Below, one piece after another: positions 34,716 through 48,117 of a DNA stretch of 64,000 nt. The notes beneath the pieces are model-generated. The model worked only from the letters and a program-made list of their open reading frames with translations. It was not told the DNA's origin and made no database searches. Source of the stretch: Eledone cirrhosa (taxonomy: Eukaryota); contig OZ024750.1 in NCBI GenBank assembly GCA_964016885.1, forward strand, positions 19,468,001 to 19,532,000, in the 5' to 3' direction. A program made the position numbers and the translations under genes. Position 1 is the stretch's first letter. Every line of letters starts with the position of its first letter.

Positions 34716-34719
34716 TATA
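33700..34719. repeat. Pure A/T (TA)n array with periodic AA phase shifts
   Basis: Direct inspection; a similar array lies at 36630-37315. Confidence 0.95.
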
Positions 34720-34919
34720 NNNNNNNNNNNNNNNNNNNNNNNNNNNNNNNNNNNNNNNNNNNNNNNNNNNNNNNNNNNNNNNNNNNNNNNNNNNNNNNNN
34801 NNNNNNNNNNNNNNNNNNNNNNNNNNNNNNNNNNNNNNNNNNNNNNNNNNNNNNNNNNNNNNNNNNNNNNNNNNNNNNNNNNNNNNNNNNNNNNNNNNNN
34901 NNNNNNNNNNNNNNNNNNN
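34720..34919. other. Assembly gap (200 N)
   Basis: Run of n characters. Confidence 1.
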
Positions 34920-35602
34920 GTATATATGTGATGGAGGAAAAATGTCTGATTTCAACTGCGTATGCTATATTTTTCTCCACTCTTCTCTTATACAATATAG
35001 ACTTAACGTTACGTGCCTTTGCTTTTATGCATTCTAGGCCTTTTATGCATGTTAGGCCTTCCATAGGTTTTATGTCTCTTTAAACATTTTATTTTATTTC
35101 ATCTTTGATACCATAAGTACCACTTATTCAGTTAAACTGATCCAAGTTTTATGTATGTATGTATATATAATGTATGTAGATAAATCAGCCTATAAGTATA
35201 CACATTCATGCATGGTAGCATGTGTATGAATGTAGATATGAATATAAGTATGTATTTATGTATGTATGTATGTTTATATGTATGTATGTGTGTGTGTATA
35301 TAAAAGGCAACACATGCAGATCAAGGAACATATAAAGACGAGTGCTTCATCTATACTACAAGCAAAACACCTAGAAATTGCCACAGCCGGGATATTAAGG
35401 TCACCACGAAGCCCATGAAACAAATAGTCATAAACAAAATATTTTCATCAGATGTAAGCCACAAAGAGCCAAGTGGTTTTTGCGGCCGCTCTGCACATGT
35501 CTCCTTTCCCCAATCGGTCAGTCATACAATAAAAAATCAGTTCGTATTAAGAGACCGTCCGAGTCCAAAGGTTCTAACCTTCAAATATTATGAAATATAT
35601 AT

Positions 35603-36002
35603 GGGCGGTGGATTGGCAGTATCGGTAGAGGGTCGGACGCCATGATTTCCAGCATAGTTACGTCCCTTTACGATCTGAGTTCAAATCCTGCCGAGGTTGA
35701 CTCTGCCTTTCATCCTTACGGGGGTCGCTAAAATAAAGTACCAGTAATGTACTGGTTAATTGCTGGGCTTGTGCCTAAAATAGAAACCATTATGAAATAT
35801 ATATTGTAAAAAATGGCGGTGGATTGGCAGTATCGGTAGAGATTCGGACACCATGCTTTGACGCATAGAGTTACGGCCCTTGCCATTCTGAGTTCAAATC
35901 CCCCCCGAGGTTAACTTTGTGTTTCATCCTTACGGGGTCGATAAAATAAAGTACCAGTAATGCACTGAGTAATTGCTGGCTTTGTGCCAAAAGTAGAAAC
36001 AA
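35603..36002 (+). mobile_element. Two SINE copies in tandem
   Basis: Copies at about 35603-35790 and 35815-36002; attatgaaatatatat occurs before, between and after them. Confidence 0.92.
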
Positions 36003-36170
36003 TTATGAAATATATATTGTAAAAATATATATAACTCTACACCAGTTCCAACATTACACTTATACTTCCTATTCACAATGTAGCGTCTACTCCGAATCAA
36101 TGATAACTATATATCAAACAAACACACACACACGCACGTACGTACGTACGTACATATATATATATATATA

Positions 36171-36364
36171 TAGGAACCAGTAAGACCCCGACAGCTGAGC
36201 TCAAGCCGTTTCGACGGCTAATTCTGGACTCAGAATTAGCCGTCGAAACGGCTTGAGCTCAGCTGTCGGGGTCTTACTGGTTCCTATTACCCACTCTACT
36301 ACCTCAAGTATTGAGTACTTTGGTGCGTTATGGTCCACCTGGTTCCTTACCACATTTCCTTCGT

Positions 36365-36365
<1 letters not shown>
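36171..36365. mobile_element. Family A short insert: palindromic half-hammerhead
   Basis: Palindrome 36171-36286, tail to 36365, (TA)n on both sides. Confidence 0.8.
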
Positions 36366-36400
<35 letters not shown>

Positions 36401-36558
36401 AACTAGAAACTTCTTATCAACTAGAAACTTTCAGACTTTCGCAGTTATCTCCCTTAAACCTCTAGCACGCAATTTAGTATTGCCTGTGTTTAGTGATCGC
36501 TTTTGCGCATGCGCGTTCGTACGTTTGTGTTTCCTGTTCCGCATAACAATGTCCATTA

Positions 36559-36596
36559 CGAGCCGAGGATCCGTTAAGGTGAAACAATTGTTCTCG
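36559..36596 (+). ncRNA. Minimal hammerhead-like fold with CCGAGGA core variant
   Basis: cgag CCGAGGA tcc-gttaa-ggt GAAA CAATTG TT^ ctcg. Stem I cgag/ctcg, palindrome ACAATTGT. Confidence 0.62.
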
Positions 36597-36942
36597 GTAT
36601 AGTGAACTAACAGTTGTGTAACCACTTCTATATGTATAATATATATATATATATATATATAATATATATAATATATATAATATATATATATATAATATAT
36701 AATATATATAATATATATATATATAATATATAATATATATAATATATAATATATATATATATAATATATATAATATATAATATATATATATATAATATAT
36801 ATAATATATAATATATATATATATAATATATATATATAATATATATATATAATATATATATATATAATATATATATATAATATATAATATATATATATAA
36901 TATATATATATATAATATATATATATAATATATATATATAAT

Positions 36943-36989
<47 letters not shown>

Positions 36990-36997
36990 TATATATA

Positions 36998-37088
<91 letters not shown>

Positions 37089-37317
37089 ATATATATATAT
37101 ATATATACATATATATATGTATGTATGTATATATATATACATATAATATATACATATATATATATTATTTATATATACATATATATATATTATTTATATA
37201 TACATATAATATATACATATATATATATTATTTATATATACATACATATATATATATGTATGTATATATATATATAATATATATATATGTATGTATGTAT
37301 ATATATATATAATATAT

Positions 37318-37516
37318 AACGAAGAAATGTGGTAAGGAACCAGGTGGACCATAACGCACCAAAGTACTCAATACTTAGGGTAGTAGAGTGGGTAATAGGA
37401 ACAAGTAAGACCCCGACGGCTGAGCTCAAGCCGTTTCGACGGCTAATTCTGTACTCAGTACAGAATTAGCCGTCGAAACGGCTTGAGCTCAGCCGTCGGG
37501 GTCTTACTTGTTCCTA
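37318..37516. mobile_element. Family A short insert: palindromic half-hammerhead (opposite orientation)
   Basis: Palindrome 37396-37516, tail 37318-37395. Confidence 0.8.
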
Positions 37517-37541
37517 TATAATATGTATGTATGTATGTATG

Positions 37542-37608
<67 letters not shown>

Positions 37609-37613
37609 ATATA

Positions 37614-37646
<33 letters not shown>

Positions 37647-37954
37647 AGTATATATATATATACATATATATGTGTGTGTGTATATATATATATTTATATA
37701 TATATATAATTTGGCAAAAAAAGAATCAGTCTTGCTTCATATACATATTTAATTACATATTACATAAGTTTGATTGCCGATCAGCTCGAGGAAACGATGG
37801 ATCATTTTCGTTCATGACTCTGGAATCGAAAGCTTCTCAGATATGTGTTCTCACATGTAGTCGCACGAAGAGAAAAAGAGAAAGACTGAGAATGGCAGAA
37901 AGTGATAAAGGAGGGATGTTGAACCCATTACTAGACTGGCTCTCTATATACCGA

Positions 37955-38060
37955 CATTGAAAGAATAAAAAGTTGACCCCGGTGGGATTTGAACTCAGAG
38001 TGGACGAAATATCAACGGGATTAACATTTGACCAATTAATGATTTTGTCAATTCGCTGCC
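37955..38060 (-). mobile_element. Older diverged SINE head
   Basis: aaagttgaccccggtgggatttgaactcagag...caattcgctgcc. Confidence 0.6.
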
Positions 38061-38410
38061 ATGCACATCCATGCACGCAAGTTGACTGTAACAATTAAAA
38101 ATTGGAGATATATGTACAGTAGTTATATTCTTCAATTTGCCCTTGGCTCATTAATAGCAGCATGTTGCCCGGATAACAAACTATAATTGTGATCACCAGA
38201 AGTTGATAAATACAGAAATTCTTCATGAGTTCATTCCGATGTATGAATCTTTTATAGTCACGCCAGCAATAAATTTACTCTTCTATTGAATTCACTTGTT
38301 AATGTGTGTATATATATATATATATATATACATATATATACACATATATATATAAATACATATATATATATATATATATAAATACATATATATATATATA
38401 TCTATATATA

Positions 38411-38450
<40 letters not shown>

Positions 38451-38749
38451 GGTGTATATGTTTATACATGTATAGTCACGTCAGCAATACATTTACACTC
38501 CTATCGCATATAAACATATACACATATACACATATATATATATATATATATATAGTCACGTCAGTAATAAATTTACACTTTCATTCCTTTGTTATTCCGT
38601 TATTCCTTCAGTGTTTTAATTGCTTAATTGTGAATTTAAACCTTCTGATATAATTAACCTGCCAGCACACACACTTCCATCTTTTTTCTTGTCTGTTCTC
38701 CTTCCCCCTCTAGCTGTCACTTTTTGTCCGCTACTCCCACCTTCTCCCT

Positions 38750-38754
38750 CTTGA

Positions 38755-38800
<46 letters not shown>

Positions 38801-39691
38801 TATAAATACATATATACACACATATATATACGCAGACACATATATATATATATATATGCATACACACACATTTGTACATACACACACAAATATATGTATA
38901 TATATATATACAAACATATATACATATATATATATATACATATATATACAAACATATATACATATATATATATATATACATATATATACAAACATATATA
39001 TATATATATATATACATACAAACATATATACATATATATATATATATACATACAAACATATATACATATATATATATATATATAAATATATATAACATAT
39101 ATATTATATATATAAATATATATAACATATATATTATATATATAAATATATATAACATATATATTATATATATATATATATATAAATATATATAACATAT
39201 ATATATATATAAATACATACATACATACATACAACATATATATTATATATATATATACATACAACATATATATTATATATATATATACATACATACATAC
39301 ATACAACATATATATTATATATATATATACATACATACAACATATATATTATATATATATATACATACATACATACAACATATATTATATATATATATAT
39401 ACATACATACATACAACATATATATATATATATATATATACATACATACATACAACATATATATATATATATATATACATACATACATACAAATATATAT
39501 AACATATATATATATACATACATACATACAAATATATATAACATATATATATATACATACATACATACAAATATATATAACATATATATATATACATACA
39601 TACATACAAATATATATAACATATATATATATACATACATACAAATATATATAACATATATATATATACATACATACATACAAATATATAT

Positions 39692-39727
<36 letters not shown>

Positions 39728-39873
39728 CATACATACAAATATATATAACATATATATATATATATACATACATACAAATATATATAACATATATATATAT
39801 ATATATATACATACATACATACAAATATATATAACATATATATATATATATATATATACATACATACATAACA

Positions 39874-39926
<53 letters not shown>

Positions 39927-39973
39927 CATATATACATATATATACATATATACATATATACATATATATTATA

Positions 39974-40007
<34 letters not shown>

Positions 40008-40027
40008 CATATATATGCATATATACA

Positions 40028-40059
<32 letters not shown>

Positions 40060-40080
40060 GAGTATATGTATATATATTTA
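38750..40080. repeat. Compound TA/TACA minisatellite-like array
   Basis: Higher-order unit acatacatacaaatatatataacatatatat repeated. Confidence 0.9.
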
Positions 40081-40709
40081 AATTAGTACAAGCATCAAAA
40101 CATGCACGCTTGAACACATATACACACATAAATACACACGAATATACAGAAATATACACAAATATACACAAATACACATACAACATCCCATGCACACATA
40201 TATTGGTTTGCATTGTCACCAGCAGTAGGGAAGAGAAAAATGGTAAAAATGTTAGAATGAAAACAACATGGACGAAAACGTAAAAACGCGAAAACTAAAA
40301 ACGAAAAACGAAAAACGAAAAATGAAAAAAACAAATACGGTAAAAAGCTCCAGGAAAAAAACAACAAACAAACAGAAAAAGCCTAATTGCAGCAATATAA
40401 TGAATATGAGTCTTTTTTCCTGGTTGCATTTGGAATGTGTCAGAATTGTTTTAAAGTTTAATGGTTAAAAGTAGCCATTACTGTATTAAATCAAGCCATT
40501 ACATGAAAAAAAGAGACAAAAGGTACAATGAAACCAAAAGCACACAATGTAAAGTGTATACATTAAAAAATTTAAACTTACACACAGACATGCATTTAAT
40601 GTGTGTGTTTTGTATATGCACAGATGTATGAATGTATGAATGTATGTATTTATGTGTGTATGTATATATACACACACATGTATATATATATATATATATA
40701 CACACACAC

Positions 40710-40744
<35 letters not shown>

Positions 40745-41120
40745 TATATATAAATAACACACATATACATATATGTGTGTGTATATATACATATATGTAC
40801 AACATGAAGTTTGAAACTACAACGTGAAATTACAAAACAAAAATAGCAACACCAACCTAAAAGCAAAGTATTCACGTAAAATATTGTAAAACTTGCGATT
40901 GTAAATTAATGAGAAACAATTGGATGAGAAGAATGCGTTGATTGGAAGATATAAATTTTCTATGGAAACTCACATGGAAGTAACTGGAATAAGATGTCAA
41001 CTATGAGATGTTAGGAAGACTTTACCTCGGTTATCCATCCTCTCATATTAATTTCATTATTCGTTGTTCTTTATCTTCTTGTTTTTAATATTGTAATAGT
41101 ATCATCATTATTATTAATAA

Positions 41121-41447
41121 AGGCGGTGGATTGGCAGTATCAGGAGAGGATCGGATGCCATGCTATGAAGCATAGAGTTACCTCCCTGTATCATCTGAGT
41201 TCAAATCCCGCCGAGGTTAACTTTGCCTTTCATCCTTCCGGGGTCGATAGAATAAAGTACCAGTAATGCATTGGGTAATTTGCTGGCCTTGTGCCAAATG
41301 TAGAAACAATTATTAATAAAGACACCACTATTATTATTATTATCCCGCCGAGGTTAACTTTGCCTTTCATCCTTACGGGGTCGATAAAATAAAGTACCAG
41401 TAATGCACTGGATAATTGCTGGCCTTGTGCCAAAAGTAGAAACAATT
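41121..41447 (+). mobile_element. Full SINE followed by a 5'-truncated SINE
   Basis: 41121-41310 is complete with flanking attattaataaa(g) repeat; 41342-41447 starts at tcccgccgaggttaac. Confidence 0.9.
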
Positions 41448-41469
41448 ATTATTATTATTATTATTGTTA

Positions 41470-42045
41470 TTCTTGGAGTATCAATCATTGATGTTATTTA
41501 ACAGGAAAGTTTGTTAAAATGAACAGCAAGTCACTACCTGCAGCCTCAGATATTCAGGACGTATCGGAGCGTTCTTGCTGTTCCCAGCAAGCATGGCTTT
41601 TGAAGCGTCCCAAAAAAGGGAGATGGACTAATGTTCTGTAACCATCCTTGAACAATTTTTGAGATAGTACCTAGTGCTCCTAGTCCCAAATGCTCTTTAA
41701 ATCCCACTTTAAATCCTGGTATCGGTTAATTTTTTCCTCCCTTTCTAGCAATCTTGTGTCAAAGGGGAAGGCTACATCTATAATCAGGCCGATTGTATTC
41801 TAATTTCTTATCTGTATGTATCCTAAAATCTCATAGCGCCTTCACTTGATCGTTTTCTATCAGCGACTCTGACTTATGCTCTTCTCAGAATGTGGTAAAT
41901 TATTTAGTTTTCATAAATGACAGTGGATCACCTTTCCTATTATATCGTGCCTCCAGCCTTTATAGTGAATCTTGGCTAGGTGTTTACACTCGGATACGAT
42001 GTCAACCGCAGTCTCCTCTCTCTTTCCACAGATGCTACAACGTGA
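41470..42045 (-). mobile_element. 3' fragment of an R4/Dong-like non-LTR retrotransposon (zinc knuckle plus restriction-like endonuclease)
   Basis: Minus-strand translation CSICGKREETAVDIVSECKHLAKIHYKGWRHDIIGKVIH ... LIIDVAFPFD ... LGALGTIS ... LQKPCLLGTARTLRYVLNI*. The 3' end abuts a (TAA)n run. Confidence 0.85.
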
Positions 42046-42360
42046 GATGACGTGTTGACGTCCGTGAGTTAGGGGAGAGCAAAATTATGGACACAAAAAA
42101 ATTAATTACAACTAAAACATGAAAACTTTAAAAACAGTAAAAACAATAAGGTAAACAACAACAACGATACTTTGCATAATATCAATTGTAGTCTATCTGA
42201 GATCCTTAATGTAACTATTTAGCATTGGCATCAATGCTTCTTTCATTGCTGGATACCATTCCCCAAATGGTGTAAGGAGTATTTGGTGTAATCATATAGC
42301 ATAATGAAATTGGCATACAGAAAATATATGAAGAAAATACAAATCGAGAGAATTGTAAAA

Positions 42361-42545
42361 TAATTGTTTCTACTTTTAGGCACAAGGCCAGCAATTACCC
42401 AGTTCATTACTGGTACTTTATTTTATCGACCCCGTAAGGATGAAAGGCAAAGTCAACCTCGGCGGGATTTGAACTCAGATCGTAAAGGGACGTAACTATG
42501 CTGGAAAGCATGGCGTCCGACCCTCTACCGATACTGCCAATCCAC
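42361..42545 (-). mobile_element. Same SINE family
   Basis: Nearly identical to the 15491 copy. Confidence 0.92.
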
Positions 42546-42728
42546 AACATAATATTACATAGCTGACAGGCGTAAATGAGAATTTGCGCTGATTATACTA
42601 CCAATTATAGTTGGCGGACATTTATAGAAGCCTCTTGGTGAAAGTCATCGGCACCCACGATTATGGTTGCTAAAAATTAAATGTGGGGCATTTTAAATCC
42701 ACCACTGATACACACACACACACACACA

Positions 42729-42788
<60 letters not shown>

Positions 42789-43219
42789 GATAGATACATA
42801 CACACACATATACAGTATATGTATATTTATAAACATATCAATTTGTGCGCATGATCATCGAAGTTAAAGTTGATATATTTGTATATATACATATTAAGGA
42901 TAAACGACACAGTATAATTTATATCAAAATTAACTACCAACATGAATGCTAATCATATACAAATTAGTACGATCATGTCAGTGATACGGTCTTAAGTGGT
43001 AAGGAATATAAACTCTGTCAGTTACGCCTGGTTATTTGGATGATAAATATAACTTTAGAATGAGAACTTATATTTATCTTCAATCGATTTTCGCATAATT
43101 TTAAGTTTTCAGTTTATAGTGGAATGTGGTCTGTTTACATATCTAAGTACTCAATGAATAAATTTATATACATAACTATACAGTCTCATACACATATACA
43201 TCTCTCTCTCTCTCTCTTC

Positions 43220-43252
<33 letters not shown>

Positions 43253-44253
43253 TATAGTAATAATAATAAATTTGAAGACTAAATTCCAAAGAGAGCTCGA
43301 TAAGGATAAATATATATCAAATATATAAGAACCGGAGACCAAATATTTATTAAAATAACAGATTAAAGTTTAAGCAAAGAATCGCTGCTTTCACCCTTAA
43401 CGGGATCTTCTGAAAAAAAAATATATATATATATATATTGGTAAAAGGAGAATAAAGTGCTGACAAATTGTTCCCAGTGAAAAATAGTTTAATTAGGAAT
43501 AACTAAAAATTAGTAATAAGTATTATTGGTTAGTATTCAGTTTCAAGTTTTTACCGGTTGCGCATTTCTAATGCTTTTCAAAAATAATTTTGACTTAGAG
43601 CGCCCGTGATGTTTTGCTCTAATCTGTATATATATATATATAGTAGAATAATCGAGTATCGAAAAATCGGCGCACGAGTTCACGATAAACAAAATTCGAT
43701 ATGAGTGGCAGAGGGCTCAATAATTCAGATAAATCAGAGCTATAACTATCGTTAAAATACCAACACACATAGATCATGTCTAAAATCAACCATACGACCG
43801 AAAAATCACGATCTGGAAGATTCGGGTCACTCAGATAAAATATCAATAAATCAATAAATTCTTTGCTTAAACTTTAATCTGTTATTTTAAGAAATATTTG
43901 CTCTACGGTTCAATATTTAGTATCTCGCCCCGTTCTTTGGTAGAACAAATTCTTGTTGATGAAATGAATCCTCTGTTCGATCATGAATACCACGAGCTAT
44001 ATATATATCCAGGGAGTGTAACATGAAGTTACTGTAGGTTCACCCACGTGAGCATTGGATATTTAGGTTTACATTAGTAGCGAGGTGTAGAGCTAAAAGA
44101 GTCTAATATAATAATACAAGGATGATTTGTTAAGTCTTCATTTCGTTTATTGATTGTTGACGCGCGTTTCGCTATTGATCGATCAAGGCTCGATATGTAT
44201 CGATCTGGCCCGAATCTGGAATCAAAAGCTCGTCGGACCTCTGCTGTTGTAAT

Positions 44254-44294
<41 letters not shown>

Positions 44295-44305
44295 TTAATA
44301 TAGAT

Positions 44306-44358
44306 GAGATTCTACAGGACTAGAAATGTTTCATTCTTTAGAAATCATCAGGAATCTC
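44306..44358 (-). ncRNA. Type I hammerhead ribozyme, family B (intact core)
   Basis: Minus strand: gagattc CTGATGA tttc-taaa-gaat GAA ACA tttctagtcc TGT A^ gaatctc. Perfect 7-bp stem I, GUA triplet. Confidence 0.82.
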
Positions 44359-44387
44359 TGGTTACCTCCGATTCAACCGGGAATAAC

Positions 44388-44425
<38 letters not shown>

Positions 44426-44433
44426 ACACACAA

Positions 44434-44538
<105 letters not shown>

Positions 44539-45130
44539 GCTTGCATGGGATCTCTGGCTCAACATTTTCATCGACGGACCCTTCTGGTAGGAAAAATATA
44601 AATATGGGGCAGTTTAAATAAGGCTGCTTCATCTGGATATAGTCAATCTAAAGTTTCCTTCCAATAATTTGTTACTGTAAGCGAAAGATTCGGGACTTTA
44701 TTGGATTCAGGCCAGAATATCTGAAAGGGTTGTATGGTTTGAGACTGCACCATCATCTGTGTGACAGGAGGTTCGCAAGGGGTCAGGAATTACAATGTGT
44801 GGAATGTAATGAGGTAAAAGAGATCAGTAAACAAAATAGGTGCAACATTACTATTTGTGCAAAACCATGAAATGAATGTTTATATACATATATATACATA
44901 TATGTTTATATATATAAATATATATAAATATATACATATATATACATATATATATATATTTATAAATATATCTATATATCTATATATTTATAAATATATC
45001 TATATATCTATATATTTATAAATATATCTATATATCTATATATTTATAAATATATCTATATATATGTACCATGTATGTACGTGCGTGCGTGGCATGTGCC
45101 TGTGTGTTCTTATATATAAAATAAATAAAT

Positions 45131-45170
<40 letters not shown>

Positions 45171-45348
45171 ATGTATGTATGTATGTATCATATATGTATA
45201 TATATTTAAATATTCAATATGTTTCAGACAAGAATGACACAGTATTACATCTGTACGTGACACAATGAACAAACGACAATAAATGATTAAAGAGGAAACT
45301 TTCACTGAGACAAAAATATTAGCTCTTGATGTACATACATGTTATGTT

Positions 45349-45398
<50 letters not shown>

Positions 45399-46151
45399 GT
45401 GTGTGTGTGTGTTTGTGTGTGGAGAAAGAGAGTACGAGAGAGCTAGACAGACATAAAGAACAGAAAGTCAGATAGAGAGAGAGGGAAAAAGTGAGATAGA
45501 TAGAAAGTGAGTGAAAGAGTAAGAAGGAGAAACACTAGACATTAACAACGACTCACACGCACACATATACTCTTAAACATATATTAAGTTCAGCGTATAT
45601 CTCTGTTCAAATACTTTCTTTTAGACGGGAAGCTGAAGCGGCCTACTTGCGCCTAGTGACCGTCGTGAAAGAGGTTGTTTGGTGGGCGCCGAGTAAATGG
45701 CTGACAAAAGACACTGTTTCATTTCGCGATTAAATTTTTCAAATTTCCCTGGAATGTAGTATTTTATTGTTTTCGTCGTTTCAATTGTGCCTCTGCCAAG
45801 CGAAAGATGAACAATAACGAAATTTGAACGATTGTCTCCCTTTTTATACTAGATGACGTCGAGCAATCAAGGAATTTCTGTCTCTGGACTGATGTTACTC
45901 TTATCGAAGTCTGAGGAAGTGCATCACGTCCGAAGAAGGAGACCAATGAGATGAAATGATCTGCTAACGCAGTTGAGACAAGAGTGTAGAATGTAGAATG
46001 TGTCCTATTCTTCCGTATCGATATTTTCACTATTGAATTATAATTTCTAATTTTTTAGTCTTTTTCTATCTTGCATATCAATGAATCGAAACAACAGCAG
46101 TAAGCTTTATTTCATCTTTATGGTTTATATTTATATACGCTACAGGAGCCT

Positions 46152-46196
<45 letters not shown>

Positions 46197-46205
46197 CATA
46201 TATAT

Positions 46206-46271
<66 letters not shown>

Positions 46272-46714
46272 TTATATATTTACATACACTATCTTACGGC
46301 TTTCACACGCTAACGCACCCTCTTGATTTAACCCATTTGGTCAGTAGCTTTTGCCACAGCCTATCACGCGCACGCGCATTCTTTCCCTCGTTTAAATTTT
46401 AAATATTTTTCTCCCCATAACGGCATTCCTGTCTTAACGACATCACAACTTTCTCCGCTTGGCCTGTTTTCCCCCCTTTTGGAACTTTTCCCCCGTTGAT
46501 GGGCGTGAGCCCGAAATATTGCAATTAAATCTCTACTACGGTAACCCTTCTACCTTTGTTTTGTTTTCATCTTTGTCTCTCTCAATTTTCACTTTCACCT
46601 GTTTTTCCTATCTATATTTCACTTCCTACCTCGAGATTTCCCTTTGCATTGTTGTGGCTTTCTTAAATACGTATTTTTACACATTTCACAATGCTTCAAG
46701 CAAACTTTAACACC

Positions 46715-46765
<51 letters not shown>

Positions 46766-47332
46766 CATTCAGGTTGAACATAGTTCCCTCACTATTAATG
46801 ATTATTTATTGCCCGAATCAATGGATTCCCCTGGAAATATCTTGTCTTAAGGCGTTAATTATTTCAGAAATAATATTAGTTACGTTGGTATTATACACAC
46901 TAATACAAAGACACATATATATACGCATATATATTAATATACACACACATTTCTGTATTTCACACATTTCTGTAATGTACACACACACATTTATGTCTTT
47001 CTCTCTGTGTGTCTGTCTCTCTCTCTATATATATATATGTAAATATATATATATATATATGTATATATATGTATATATATATTCCTTATCATGCCTTCCC
47101 TTGTGATGAGAACTTTTGTACTGGAGTTTCACCCATGTATTCATAGGACATGTGTATGTGTGTGTATATTTATATATATATATATAAATATATATATACA
47201 CACATACACATATAGACATTAACAACGACTCACACACACACATATACTCTTAAACATATATTAAGTCCAGCGTATATCTCTGTTCAAATACTTTCTTTTA
47301 GTCGGGAAGATGTCTTTCGTTAATGTCTAGTG

Positions 47333-47378
<46 letters not shown>

Positions 47379-47800
47379 TAACAAGGTATCGTTTAAGGTA
47401 ATCCAGTTAGAGGTTGTGTGTACTCTGTACTGTGGATAGATTAAACGTACGGCATTGTTTGACTGAACAAGAACTTTCGTTAGTTAGGTGGCGGGTTTAC
47501 GTGTGATTTAATCCTGGTATGTATATGAACATTTCTAACTTTAATTTTTACCTAATTATGTATGGTTGACCGTATATATATTTAATTAATTTCGGCGTGC
47601 TGTTGAAATGTTGGGTAATATTCTATAGCGGTTGGACGCGAAGACGCCGCTATGGCGTATTTATATACTGTTTCTTCATAGATGCCTTTTATTCTTATAG
47701 CCTGGTCTAATTGATTTTTTTGTGTTAAATTATGCTGATTGGGAGTAGAGATGATGCATATATATTATCAAATAATTCTCTGGACATGCTTTACTCTATA

Positions 47801-47859
<59 letters not shown>

Positions 47860-48080
47860 CATATGTGGTTGTGTGTGTGTGTGTGCATGTGTCTGTCTGA
47901 ATGTATCAGGGTAGAATCTTTGGTGCGATGGAAAATCCTCTGTCTGTGTTTCATTCATCCATTTCACAATCCGGGTTCAAAATCTGCTTGCGTCGAATTT
48001 AAGCACTATTACATATCATATTACCTCACATACCACACCACTTGCTATGTGATATATATAGATATATATATACACGTAAA

Positions 48081-48117
<37 letters not shown>

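Noticed and set aside
45764-46030. 88-aa minus-strand ORF in a CpG-rich block
   Set aside because: No recognisable domain and a non-ATG start; cannot be supported as an exon.
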